Shown: positions 40,997 through 53,174 of the stretch, piece by piece | Numbering within the stretch: the stretch's first letter is position 1 | Layout: every line of letters begins with the position of its first letter | DNA from: Lingula anatina | Taxonomy: Eukaryota > Animalia > Brachiopoda | Direction of reading: 5' to 3' | Length of the DNA: 64,000 nucleotides | NCBI GenBank assembly: GCA_051362555.1 | Contig: CM120640.1 | Location: 65,574,788 to 65,638,787, forward strand | The notes under the pieces: generated by a model | What the model was told of the DNA's origin: nothing | The model's database searches: none | What the model saw: only the letters and a program-made list of their open reading frames with translations | Position numbers and translations under genes: made by a program

Positions 40997-42907
40997 TTAG
41001 TCCACTTCCTCCACAGTGGGGCCACCATGTGGTCCTCCTGTAGGCTGATCTCCTGCTCCCCTCTGTCCTGCACCATGGATCTTTGCCATGATTGGTGAGC
41101 ATACCTTCTCCAGCTCTTTCAGCTGATACTCAAATTCATCTTTTTCAGCCAGTGAATTATCATCTAGCCACTTCATGGTATCATTGCACTTGTTCAACAC
41201 AGCATCTTTGTCTTCAGAGGAAATCTTGCCTGCTCCATCTTCAGCAGCCTGCTTGTAGCTGAATATCATGGATTCTAACTTGTTTCTGGCTGCTATTTTT
41301 TCACGCTGCATTTCATCTTCTTTGCTGTACTTCTCTGCCTCGGAGACCATACGATCAATGTCCTCCTTGGACAGTCTGCCTTTGTCATTTGTAATGGTGA
41401 TGTTGTTGGACTTGCCTGTGCTCTTGTCTTGTGCTGTTACATGCAGGATGCTGTTAGCGTCAATGTCAAAAGTCACCTCAATCTGAGGGACACCACGGGG
41501 GGCAGGGGGGATGCCACTTAGCTCAAATGTGCCCAGTTTATGATTGTCCTTGGTCATTGCCCTCTCACCTTCAAACACCTGGATGCTGACCCCTGGTTGA
41601 TTGTCGGCATAAGTGGTGAATATCTGCGATGTCTTGGTGGGAATACGTGTGTTGCGGGTGACCAAGTTTGTCATGACACCTCCAGCCGTTTCAATACCCA
41701 GTGACAGAGGCACAACATCAATGAGCAACACATCTTTTACAGTGTCATCCTGGACTCCAGTCAATATGGCTGCCTGGACTGCAGCTCCATAAGCAACAGC
41801 CTCATCTGGGTTAATGGACTGGTTCAGTTCTTTTCCATTCATAAAATCTTTCAGCATTTTCTGGATCTTGGGTATACGTGTAGACCCACCCACCAGGACA
41901 ATTTCTGCAATTTGTGACTTGTCTAGTTTAGCATCTAAAAGAGCTTTTTCAACTGGTACAAGAGTAGAACGGAAAAGGTCAGCACACAGTTCCTCGAATC
42001 TGGCCCTGCTGATGCTGGAATAAAAGTCAACACCTTCATACAGGGAATCTATTTCTATGTTGGCCTGGGAACTGCTGGACAGGGTTCTCTTTGCTCTCTC
42101 ACATGCTGTTCTGAGACGTCGCATTGCTCTGTTATTACCACTGATGTCTTTTTTGTATTTGCGCTTGAATTCCTGTACGAAGTGGTTGACCATCCTGTTG
42201 TCAAAGTCTTCACCACCAAGGTGTGTATCACCAGCGGTAGAGCGTACCTCAAACAAGGATCCATCAGCAATTGACAGGATTGAAACATCAAAAGTGCCAC
42301 CACCCAGGTCAAAAATTAGGACATTTTTCTCACCCTGTAGCTTCTTGTCTAGTCCATAAGCAAGGGCAGCAGCTGTTGGCTCGTTGATAATACGAAGTAC
42401 TTTCAGACCTGCTATGGCACCAGCATCTTTAGTGGCCTGTCTTTGTGAGTCATTAAAGTAGGCTGGCACAGTGATAACAGCTTCGTTGACCTTCTGACCC
42501 AAGTATGCTTCTGCTGTCTCTTTCATCTTAGTGAGAACCATAGAGCTTATTTCTTCAGGAGTGCATTTCTTGGTCTCACCTTTGTATTCAACTTGAACCT
42601 TGGGTTTACCGCCATCGTTCACAATCTTGAAGGGCCAGTGTTTGCTGTCTGCCTGCACCGCTGGATCATCAAATTTACGGCCAATCAGTCTCTTTGCGTC
42701 GAACACTGTGTTCTGTGGGTTGAGGGCAACTTGATTTTTAGCCGCATCGCCGATCAATCTCTCACTGTCTGTGAAGGCAACGTAGCTCGGTGTCGTTCGG
42801 TTGCCCTGGTCGTTTGCGATGATTTCAACCTTTCCATGCTGATAAACACCAACACAGGAGAAGGTTGTCCCCAAGTCAATACCTATCGCTGGAGCTTTCC
42901 CTGGCAT
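40997..42907 (-). CDS. HSP70: Intronless cytosolic inducible heat shock protein 70
   Basis: 636 aa with [22 protein letters not shown] and [14 protein letters not shown] signatures, C-terminal GPTVEEVD, the DGSLFEV Ser insertion typical of invertebrate inducible Hsp70s, no introns, and HSEs upstream. Confidence 0.98.
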   Translation of the reverse strand: MPGKAPAIGIDLGTTFSCVGVYQHGKVEIIANDQGNRTTPSYVAFTDSERLIGDAAKNQVALNPQNTVFDAKRLIGRKFDDPAVQADSKHWPFKIVNDGGKPKVQVEYKGETKKCTPEEISSMVLTKMKETAEAYLGQKVNEAVITVPAYFNDSQRQATKDAGAIAGLKVLRIINEPTAAALAYGLDKKLQGEKNVLIFDLGGGTFDVSILSIADGSLFEVRSTAGDTHLGGEDFDNRMVNHFVQEFKRKYKKDISGNNRAMRRLRTACERAKRTLSSSSQANIEIDSLYEGVDFYSSISRARFEELCADLFRSTLVPVEKALLDAKLDKSQIAEIVLVGGSTRIPKIQKMLKDFMNGKELNQSINPDEAVAYGAAVQAAILTGVQDDTVKDVLLIDVVPLSLGIETAGGVMTNLVTRNTRIPTKTSQIFTTYADNQPGVSIQVFEGERAMTKDNHKLGTFELSGIPPAPRGVPQIEVTFDIDANSILHVTAQDKSTGKSNNITITNDKGRLSKEDIDRMVSEAEKYSKEDEMQREKIAARNKLESMIFSYKQAAEDGAGKISSEDKDAVLNKCNDTMKWLDDNSLAEKDEFEYQLKELEKVCSPIMAKIHGAGQRGAGDQPTGGPHGGPTVEEVD

Positions 42908-43052
42908 GATGTCGTTTTACTTAAACTTGCGATGAATAAAAACGATGAGAAAATGTATAGCGTATGGTTCGCTTTTCGCTAGCCAATATCTTTTTCTTGC
43001 TTATTTCTGTCTTTGAATATAGACAACTGATCTCTCTGTCGCATGTAACGCC

Positions 43053-43060
43053 CTTATATA
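43053..43060 (-). promoter_or_regulatory. TATA box of HSP70
   Basis: TATATAAG on the minus strand ~150 bp upstream of the HSP70 ATG. Confidence 0.75.
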
Positions 43061-43174
43061 CCGTATCCATGTCTATTTCTGTGTATTCCAGTTGATTCTA
43101 AATCTTGAAGCTGCGAGAAAGACCTCGAAACTCCTGATTCCGCGTGCTTCTGTTTACGGAAGTTTCTAGCATCG

Positions 43175-43182
43175 TGACGTCA
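43175..43182. promoter_or_regulatory. Perfect CRE/ATF palindrome in the HSP70 promoter
   Basis: TGACGTCA ~120 bp upstream of the TATA box, next to the HSE-like GGAAGTTTCTAG. Confidence 0.5.
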
Positions 43183-43499
43183 TCGGCGCAGTAGGTTGCG
43201 CAAATGCTTATATTGTATGTGTATTCACTTCCGTTTTCAATCGCTCGCTTGGAAAGAAGAGAAACGCTGCAGGGCTTACAATATAGGAGGCCAAATATTA
43301 CCCAAGGTGTGGAAGTCTGGGAAGTTGATCCTAAGGATACAACTCGCTTCATTGTCAGTTCTGGTTATCTACCTCTACCAGTACAGATTACACCTAGTCT
43401 AGGATTTAATTTGACGTTAAAAATGAAATATTACGATGCTAGGCTTGATCATCATCTCAATGTCACGATCTTTATCTAAATCGCAGCGTCACAACGAAA

Positions 43500-43524
43500 A
43501 GAACTTTCGAGAACATTCTAGAAT
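43500..43524. promoter_or_regulatory. Perfect 5-unit heat shock element
   Basis: aGAActTTCgaGAAcaTTCtaGAAt forms alternating nGAAn/nTTCn units. Further partial HSEs lie at ~43158-43170 and 43577-43657. Confidence 0.85.
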
Positions 43525-44977
43525 TCAGTATGATGCCAAGTTCTTATGGAATAGTATTTAATGGTTAAGTGCTAACAGAAAGTTCCAGTTCATGCCACTA
43601 TTGTATTATTAATACGAAGTCATTTTGGCAGAAACTACCAGAATTCGGAACTCTTCCATGCACTTTTCATTACTAAATGTAACTGATAATTACTGTATTA
43701 CGGTTATGAGTATTAATATATGCCTTTTGCTGTACAAACTGCTTTTTGCTGTACCCTGTTTGGAAATGGACTGCCTCCTAAGACACTATCGGATTCACAC
43801 CGCTCTATTATTTGGCCACTTATACAGAATAAATGATTTAAAACAAGAAACGCGTTTTTCAGTATTGAATACACAACGCTCCTGAGTTTCGGATATTTCA
43901 CACCATAATGGCATCTAATGAAGTGAACGTTGCTACGAGTTTACGTACATTATAATTTGTGGAGAGGTGGGGGCAATCCCAAGTTGTTGAGAAATGCATT
44001 AGGAAGCCTTCTCGATCTTAGTTGTCGTAGCTTGTATCTTTCTTGTCCCTAATGATTCTACCCTTTAAAGGTTAAGTACACGATGAGGTGCCCAACAAAG
44101 ATACTAAATTGTAAGTGGTGGTGGTCGTGTGCGAGTTAACAGGGGATGCATAACGCTGATAAATTATGTTTATGCCAAAAATCTACAATTAGTACTGCCA
44201 GCTTGAGACAAGGTAGCCCCTATTTGAGAGAACAGATATAAATTGTAAGGGAAAGCATTCATTAAAATTACTACAAGTATTATTGTACTGAAGTTTGGTT
44301 TTAAGATTGTCAAATTTTGGAATATTAAAATTGTGCGAACAGGAAGAACAACTGTAACCAAACCTTGCTTCCTAGTTGCATTACAAAAATGTCTTGCTCT
44401 TGTCAAAATTATTGCTGGCATTTGTTTAGAAATTTACTTCCAAAAGGCCATTCTGAAAACTTTGCCAACTGATAGCACCCACTATATTCTCCTTTTAAAA
44501 TATCTTTTATTCACATACGTCACATTTTAGTGACATTTGGTAGCTTAGAACGGTCGGCACCTGTGCTATTTTATGGGCACATTTAGGACGAAAAAAAGCA
44601 AAGATTTGTAGTTACTCTGAGAACATACTTTACTTGTGTCTATATTCTTAGCATACTTCAGGAGTTCAACACCTTTTCATAAGACAACAAAAGAAATTAT
44701 TTTTAAAAAAAATTTACTAGTTTCAGATACCATTCTATTTACATAAAACATACAAATGCTAAAATAGTTTTCCACATAAGTGAAATCAGAAGTGCAAGAC
44801 AAAATGGTCAACGTCCTTATATTTTCTTATTTGGTGATACCAGACATCAACATATGCAATAAAAACTCATTCAAATATAAATCTCAACCAGCTCAACTCT
44901 TTTTAATGTCTTCTCTTTCATTCAATTTTAATTTGCATTATTTTCCACATGAGAGAGTTGGTGCACTTTCATCCATC

Positions 44978-47900
44978 TTAATATGGACGATCTCTTCTAT
45001 CTCGACGATCATCTCCTCTGAAAGTGTAAAGAAGGGGGAAGATAAGTCTCGGGCATCGAATACTCTGACATCTACACCAATTGAAGTCATACTGTCAGCT
45101 AAATGAGAATTATTTTTTTCTCATTTCTAAAACAAACATTTCTACTTTTTGACTATTGTATTAAATTAAACAGTAAATCAAAATATCGAAGAGGACAAAA
45201 ACTGTGAAAAACCTACCTGCCACCCCTTCCTCTGCCTCTGTCTCCAAAGCCACCTCTTCCTCCACGTCCTCTGTCACCAAATCCTCCCCTTCCTCTGCCT
45301 CCTCTGTCGCCAAATCCACCACGGCCACCCCCACGTCCACGGAAACCACCACGACGATCTTGAAAAATTATCAAACAGAATCGTTCAATGCAGCTATACT
45401 GTTTAAATCTTTAAAAAATACCCTTACAATACCTCGTATCATTTTCCTAAAAAGTGGCTACTAAGGTGAATGTCAAAGAAGTAAATACTCACCACCGTCA
45501 TCATCATCTGCACCCTCAGGCTTTGCAGTGTTACACCTGTTGCACTCATTCCTCCAAGAGAAATTGTTGTTGCCACAGTCACTGCAAAATATCAATACAT
45601 TGTAAAGTGAATTTTTCTCTTTCACAATAGCAGGATACAGTTAAGTTACTTTGTTTCATGAAAACCTCTTTTCATTGTCATGTTTATTTCATGCCATATT
45701 CATTTGACACCAAGTGCCTATAATTACCTGGACTTTTAAAAGTTAAACTAGCTAGATATTATCGAGCCAGAAAACAAGAATCACTTACGGATTAGGGCAA
45801 GTCCAGTCACCAGGTCTGCCAGAACCACCTGATCCTGAAGAAACAAATATAAATCAATCAATTCAAAGCACCTTTAGTCATAGCAACATTTCACATGTTG
45901 CACCTTCACTTATAATAGTTAGTATTAGTGCCAGAGCATCCAAACATATTTGGCCATTTCTAGAACTGAAAGATCCTTATACTTACCACCACCTCTGCCA
46001 CCACGATCTCCTCGACCACCTCTGTCAAACCCTCGACCTCCTCTATCAAAGCCACCTGCAAATTACAACTAAGAGTGTTAATCAACGATGGAATTTATAA
46101 TTTAATTTCCTACTTGTGCTAGTGCCATAATGCATCAATTAGCAAAATGCTGTTGTACAGAAGTCACATTCTGAACTGTAATAATTTGAAGACAGAAATC
46201 GTACATCATAGTTTTGCCATTACCTCTTCCACGTCCCCTGCCACCGCCAGGCTGCCAAGCCTTTCTCTGGGCCAACTCTACTTTGATGATTTTGCCATTA
46301 AATTCTTTCTCTGAAGAAGCAAAATAAAGAAATGAGCCCAATTAATCCCACCTTCCCGTTTTTTCCTGTGCATTGCACTTCTTAAGACTATATATTTCAA
46401 GACTTAGGACAGCTTTAATGAAGAACACTTACCATTGAACCAGTTAATGGCAGAGGAAGCTGCCTCTGTGTCATCATAAGTAATGGTTGCTTCTCCTTTT
46501 GGAATGCCAGTCATCTTGTCCTTGTAGATGAAAATCTTTGGTTTGTTTGTTCTTCTGTCATTCTAAAACAACAACATTTCACCATTAAATCAGTTGTTAA
46601 AAAATTGCTTTTGCACAGCACAAAGATTATGATTTGAAAATTTTGCCCAGCTAGCTCTAACATTTGGCATGATGTGATGAATTAGGTTTTTGTCCTTTCT
46701 TGGATGGCCATCTTATTTGCAACTTTTACCCAAGTGAGATAAGAGTGGTAAAACAATTCTTTAGATTTCATTTACTCATTCCACAACAGTTTGTGGAGCA
46801 TGGTATTGCATCAATTCTCACAATGTTACAAATATTACTGTGTCCAAAGTTATAAGTCACGTGCAATATGATGTAGCAGCAGCATTAAGTAAAATCTGTT
46901 CAATAACTTTTCTGAGACCTCCAAAATTGAACTTCAGTACTGAAACCAATAAATTCCCAACTTAATCCACTGCAAAAACCATGTATGCACATCACAATTA
47001 CCTTAATCACTCCAATAGAGCCAAAGTGTGCTGCCAGTGCCTCTTCGTTTACCTGTTGGCCAAGGTTGGTCACAAATATGGTGTCATACTGGGTCTCCAT
47101 CTGTGCTCCACCTGCAATTACAACTCAAACATATACTAATGTGTTTAGAGGGAGGATCCAGATCTGCAAGGCTTGTCAGTCTAAATACAACTCATTGGTT
47201 GATGTTTTGGTAACTTTTTTCATAGAATCCCTGTAAATCTGGATTAACAGTTCATAAGCAAATACTTCTAATCTTATAATAGATTAATACAGACTTGGGC
47301 TTCAAAAACAATTCTCGAAGTTTTAAACCCCCCTTGAAATGAGTTATTGAAGAAGTGATACAGAAAACTCAATGTACTTCTGTTGGACAAAGAACTGAAG
47401 TTAGTATGAGAACTCCTGCAATATATTGAAATTTTAAGAACATCAAATGTATCATGCAATTTTCCTTTTTTTTAAATTTGTGGTGAACTTGTTCTATGTT
47501 TTTCGAACTGTGTGAATCCGATAATGCTTTGCCTCTCTGGAGAGCAAACTAATAAACTTAGATAACCCATGGTTTGTGAACTTAATGAATCTGTGTAGCC
47601 TCTTTAGTCTTAGCCTTTTTTCACCTATATTATACTTTTGGCTACCTTCACCTTTCTAGAACACATGCAGGACCCGAACTGTGCTTATCATTACATACAG
47701 TATGTGTACCACACTCCTTTTTTGTAGATAAAAAAGAAGTATTTTATCCTTTTTAACAAAATTATGTATATTTAGTTATTTTTGCATTAGCAAACCACTT
47801 TGCTTTAACATTCAATTTTGAATCCTTATCAACAAATGACCCTTTTAATTTCTTTATAATACTAATCTATAATACATTCTTGGCAAGTTGTTTCCCACCA

Positions 47901-50900
47901 TAAACTACTTTTATAGAAAACTTCTTTTGTCAAACACCAACACTACTACCCCATCATGTGATGTCATTCACGTTTTCAGATTGTATTCCATTTGCATCCA
48001 TCGAAATCCCCACTTCAGACTTATTTTTTAAGAACCAAACTGCTTTAGTACCTTTATCTTCAGCGCACATTACCCAGAAATCAGATATCACCAAAAACAA
48101 CTACTAACTTATAAACTTACTCCACTCAAAACATTACTTGCCCAGTGTTGATGTTTTTTTTTTCACCATTGCTTTAGCGATCTAACAACTAAACCAATAT
48201 ATTTATGGTGTTAAGATATCCTTATTGTAATCTTTTGTCATAAATATAAAATACAAATTTTCCATTTGAGCATGATAAGGTTTTTAAATCCATACCAATC
48301 TTTCTGAATCGGTTTCCTGTTCAGCTGTAACATCAAAACAGTGTTGTACGAGGCTTTATCCACATTGTATTGTGGTTATAAAATTGAAACCAGGCACCAC
48401 TGTGACCATATCATGACAGTTCAGTTTTTTTTTTCTAGTCATTGATTTTGATGAACCACCTTTGTTTGTTGTAATAAAGGTTAAACAGTACTGTACTTAA
48501 ATTAACATTTTTAATCACCATTGTTTTATTAACAAATGTCTTCATGTTGAAATATATATATATATTTAAAAATGAAACGGCACAGTGAGAATATATTGAA
48601 TTCATGTGTGTTCATATAACCCCCTTATAATGAAACATTGCATTTCAGTAATCACGTGGACAGGAAAACCACAAGGATTAGAAACCAAGAATATTTCGGA
48701 CTTTGTATGTCCTACTACTGGGAAGAGCAGACAAATAAATACCAATAAAAATGAAGTATATTGTGTGTTATATTATTACACTTCAATTTAAATAATACAA
48801 AAACACATTCTTATCTGTCCAGAATATGTGCTGTGAATATCAGTAGATATTTCTCCATACATTTTATCCCTACCAATCCCCTTTATTTACACCAAGTAAC
48901 AATATACTTATAGATACAATTCTTGCTCTTCCCATGAGTGGGTATCATTTGCCCACCTTGCATTCACTTACCACCATACCCTCCTTTGTCGTATCCACCT
49001 TGATTACCACCACTGAAACACATAGAAACCCTGTCCAGTACAGCACATTGCCCCTTGTTACTCATGTTACAGACTAGGGCAGAAGTGCGTACTGGTATAC
49101 ACTCTTCCTTCTTGACTCTGTTGTAAAGTTGAAACCACAATTCTGCTGCTATGCCCACTTTGCTGCATGTTGTTGGAGATCACCTTAAACTAAGTCTTAA
49201 TTCACATGGGTTTTAAGGCAAACATTTTTTTTGAAGTTAAACTTTTTTTTTGGCATGAAAGTATATTCAATAAAAATGGAAAAAAAAAAAAAAGGTGAAG
49301 TTTCTGGGAATTTTTAAAGTAAAATTTTAGATTTCAAGGCACAAAAGACATTTTTCCAATGGTTGATTTCCAAAGAAAATGTTAAAAACAAATATTAAAT
49401 GTAAATAAATAAATAAATAAATAGTTCAAAAATATTTTGCATTGTGAACATGACACAAAGCTTAGAAAAATATATTTTTCTATCAGCAGTACCAACTGTA
49501 AAGTGCTTATAGAAAAAAAATGCTGACACCTTGTATGCTTTAATAACCAATCGTTGATATGCCATAATATTATTTTTGTTGACATATTAGGTAGCAACTT
49601 CCCAATGTTGCACAACCTGCGGATTCCCATGATTTTTGTATGTAATTCAGTGACAGTCAGTAAAAAGTACCCAGTTCTCATTATTTTAGGAAAATACTCC
49701 CACTAAAGCACACCTGAAATACCTGGTAAGAATTAAAATACTCAAAGAAAATTATTATAAAAGTAGCATAGAAGAGAACAATGTAACCAGTATAAATATA
49801 TAATGGCTCTGTTAATTATATACAGGCCATCACCTTTTATAACCATTTTGTTCAACTCCATTTCATCACCATAACCTTTGTTTAAAGTCATGACATCCTT
49901 GATTCACCAATGCATACCCATTATCATCCAGATAGTATTCAATGTACCACAAACAACCCTTGTAAAACCTTTTCATCAAGAACTCCAATGTCTTTTTTTT
50001 CTCTTGAAATCTTATATATCTTTTACCCAGAATACATTTGTTTTTTTTTCCTATGTTTAATTTTTTTTTATTACTTCTGAAGCTATGTCTTCAACCCTTC
50101 AATCCCCTACAAACTTACCCATATGATCCACCGCTGCGTCCTCCACCTAAAATGAACAACAAATATAAGTGAGAATATTGTTTCCTTCAGGTATCAAATA
50201 AGATTGATCTTTATGCAACCCAATCTTAATATTTCTTAATTTTGCTGTTCAATAACAAACGACAGTGCCTATAAAATAACAGCATCCAGTATAAGAAAAT
50301 GTGACATTACCATAACCACCTCCCTGCTGTCCGTAGTTGCTGCCACCGCCGCCATATCCTCCTCCTCCACCACCTCCACTATGACCACCATAGCCACCAG
50401 ACTGACCACCACTATGACCACCATAGCCACCAGATTGACCACCTGGGCCACCGTAGCCACCTTGAAAATAAACAGACTTATAAGCTCTTTGACAAAAGTG
50501 AATTCGTAAGAAATCAATTCATACACCACCAAAGATACTGTATAAAATATTTTGAAATAAACCTTAAAACATGACATGGATGAAAAAAAAACTGTTAACT
50601 GTCTCTTTATTAAAATGAAACATCTTGCACTACCTGACTGCTGCTGTCCGTATCCTCCTTGCTGCTGCTGTCCATAGCCACCAGAAGTATCAGACTGTCC
50701 ATAGCTTTGCTGACCATAAGACTGCTGTTGTGGAGCTGGGGGCTGAGCTGGAGGTTGTTGACCATATCCACTCTGACCACCATAACCACCAGCTGACTGA
50801 GCACCTAAATCATAGCAAAACTGTGATTTTAACAACAGCAACAAACACACATTTCTTAGCTATGCAAGAGACTTCATCCTTTAAAACAAAGATGCCAGTT

Positions 50901-52008
50901 ATTAAAAAACAAAAAACTGCTCAGCTAAGTGTTATCATATAATTTGTCTTTATTCCCTTCTGCTTCTACAAAGACTCACCTTGTCCATATCCTGGTTGTT
51001 GTTGACCATAACTAGATTGCTGACCATATCCAGATTGATGTGAACCTTGAGCCTGACCGCCTTGTGAATACTGACCTTGATCATAACCATAGTTCTGTTG
51101 GACTTGCCCCTGCTGACCATAGCCCTATAGCACCAAAAAAGGAGCAATAGAGCATAAAAGATTGCATATTATCATTATTGTAACTCAAGTCATTTAACTA
51201 CAAGATTTTAAAATTAAATGAGCACCACCAATGCTGTATTTCATGACTTACAGCAAAGACTGTCATGTCGTTTTATTCATTGTTTCTTTATTAAAAACCC
51301 TTTTTATCTTACTTGTTGTCCTCCATAAGCTGCTGGGGCATCAGTGCCACTTCCACCTCCATAGCCACCATACTGCTGCTGGTAGCTAATAGGAATAAAC
51401 CAAACCATCTTATTCATTTGTTGTTAATAATTATCAAACTTAATTCAAATTTGATCAAATTGCTCCCCATTAATTTCTTTGCAAAATGTTGATACATATG
51501 ATTTATAGATATTCAAAATAAAATGTGTTCAATAAAACATGGCCTGTTACTCCTACCAATCATTATGTTAGGAAAAGGGCCAGTTACGATTTATTTGATT
51601 CAAGTAATGTCTTTGTTATTTATGTTTAGCCTGTAAGAAACATCAAACGGTTCCTTATATTTACTAATTCTGTAAAAGTAGGGTAGTTACCTTCCAGACC
51701 CTTGTTGTCCACCGTAACCACCGTAATCTGTAATATAAAATTTCATTTGCGTTAATTGGCTTAAAACGTAAAACATGAAAATCAAATTCAACAATGTTCA
51801 TGCCTTTTTAAATGTAATGGCCGCCTTTTGCTTTGTTTGAGCGGACCGGCATTTTGTGTTTAGTAGATTACCAGTTGCGGAGAAGAAGTTTCGCGCAAGA
51901 AAACAAGTAACTACTGAAGAATAAATAAATATACTTAAAACAAGGAATCTACAATGTTTTCCCGACAAATAAAAAAGTAAAATACGTACTATCTGCCGCC
52001 GCTGCCAT
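44978..52008 (-). CDS. FET family RNA-binding protein (FUS/EWSR1/TAF15/cabeza pro-ortholog), ~16 small exons
   Basis: First exon 52008-51990 (MAAAAD), QGSY-rich prion-like exons (51727-50311), RRM (DTIFVTNLG...HFGSIGVIK, PKIFIYKDKMTGIPKGEATITYDD...AINWFN...IIKVELA), RGG boxes, RanBP2 zinc finger ([24 protein letters not shown]) and a C-terminal PY-NLS (DRRDRRDRPY*). Confidence 0.95.
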
Positions 52009-52417
52009 CTTCGCTTCCTCTTCACGCTGTTCACGTGTATCAGGATTTGACTGCTATTGGCTGACGCTGTCACATGACTTGACATGTGACTTGAGCCCGC
52101 GTGGGTTCTGGTAATATGCATCATGAGCCCACACTTGTATTAATTTTTAGATGTATGATCACCAGAACAAAAGCAGTGACGCTCTTCGGTTGACTATTTT
52201 CATTTATTCGAATGATTTGTGTTTTAAAAATCGCAAAAGCATATGGATATATCAGTCTGTTGTGCACGTATTTAAAAAGAAAAGGATAAAAAGTCCAATA
52301 TTAAACAAGAAATCAAAGTCGGACTCGGGACATTGATGGAAGGAAAATGCACTAAAATGACAACATAAGTCAATCCCCAACAAACTTAATGCTTTGCTCA
52401 ACAGTTGCTCAGCAGCC

Positions 52418-53138
52418 ATGGATGCAGTGGCCGAAGCAATCTCTCAACTAAACAGTTCATCGCAGTCAACAGTTTTCAATACATTGGTGCAAATACGTAC
52501 TAAATATTTTAAGGTCTCCGGTCGAAATGCTACAGAAACGTTCAGAAAGTTGGATGGAGTCAAAAGTCTCATTAAAATTGTTCAAAAGCCGACCTCAAAG
52601 AAAATACTGGACATATGTTTGAGTATACTAGCCAACTGCTGTATGGATCAGCAAACCAGACTTGAGGTATGTTATATGGCAAAGGAGCTCTGAACTACAT
52701 AGTATTATTTTGTGTAGTTTTGAGGTTGAAGTGCAGAAAAGGAGTCTCATTATATTCTGTACATGTACATGTACTTGATAGATTAAAAATAATTTATATA
52801 TAGGGATCATTGGTTTGTCCCAGTTTTCGCCCTAACATGCAAGGTAAGGGTACCTAGCAGTAAGATCAAAAACTAATGCAAATTATTGGCAGGCATAATC
52901 GTGCTCAGCTGTCACCCTGATCTGGAAATAAGTTTAAAAACCACAATTAGTATAAAATACAGCAACAATGTCACCAATGGACCAATGTCCACACAAAAAA
53001 TTGATAAATTATTTTAAATAATTTTTTTATATCTCCATTCTAGTATATGTGTGCTGTAGTGCTTATTTACTAAATTAAATTTGCCATATTAACTTATTAT
53101 GAAAATATATACCAGTACAATATACAGGTAGCCATAAT

Positions 53139-53174
<36 letters not shown>

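Noticed and set aside
41268-42982. Several plus-strand ORFs antisense to HSP70
   Set aside because: These are shadow ORFs caused by codon bias of the sense gene. They are fragmented and have no independent features.
46640-46755. Hairpin in a FET intron as a possible H/ACA snoRNA or miRNA
   Set aside because: One imperfect stem is visible, but there is no properly placed ACA box or C/D boxes. A covariance-model search would be needed.
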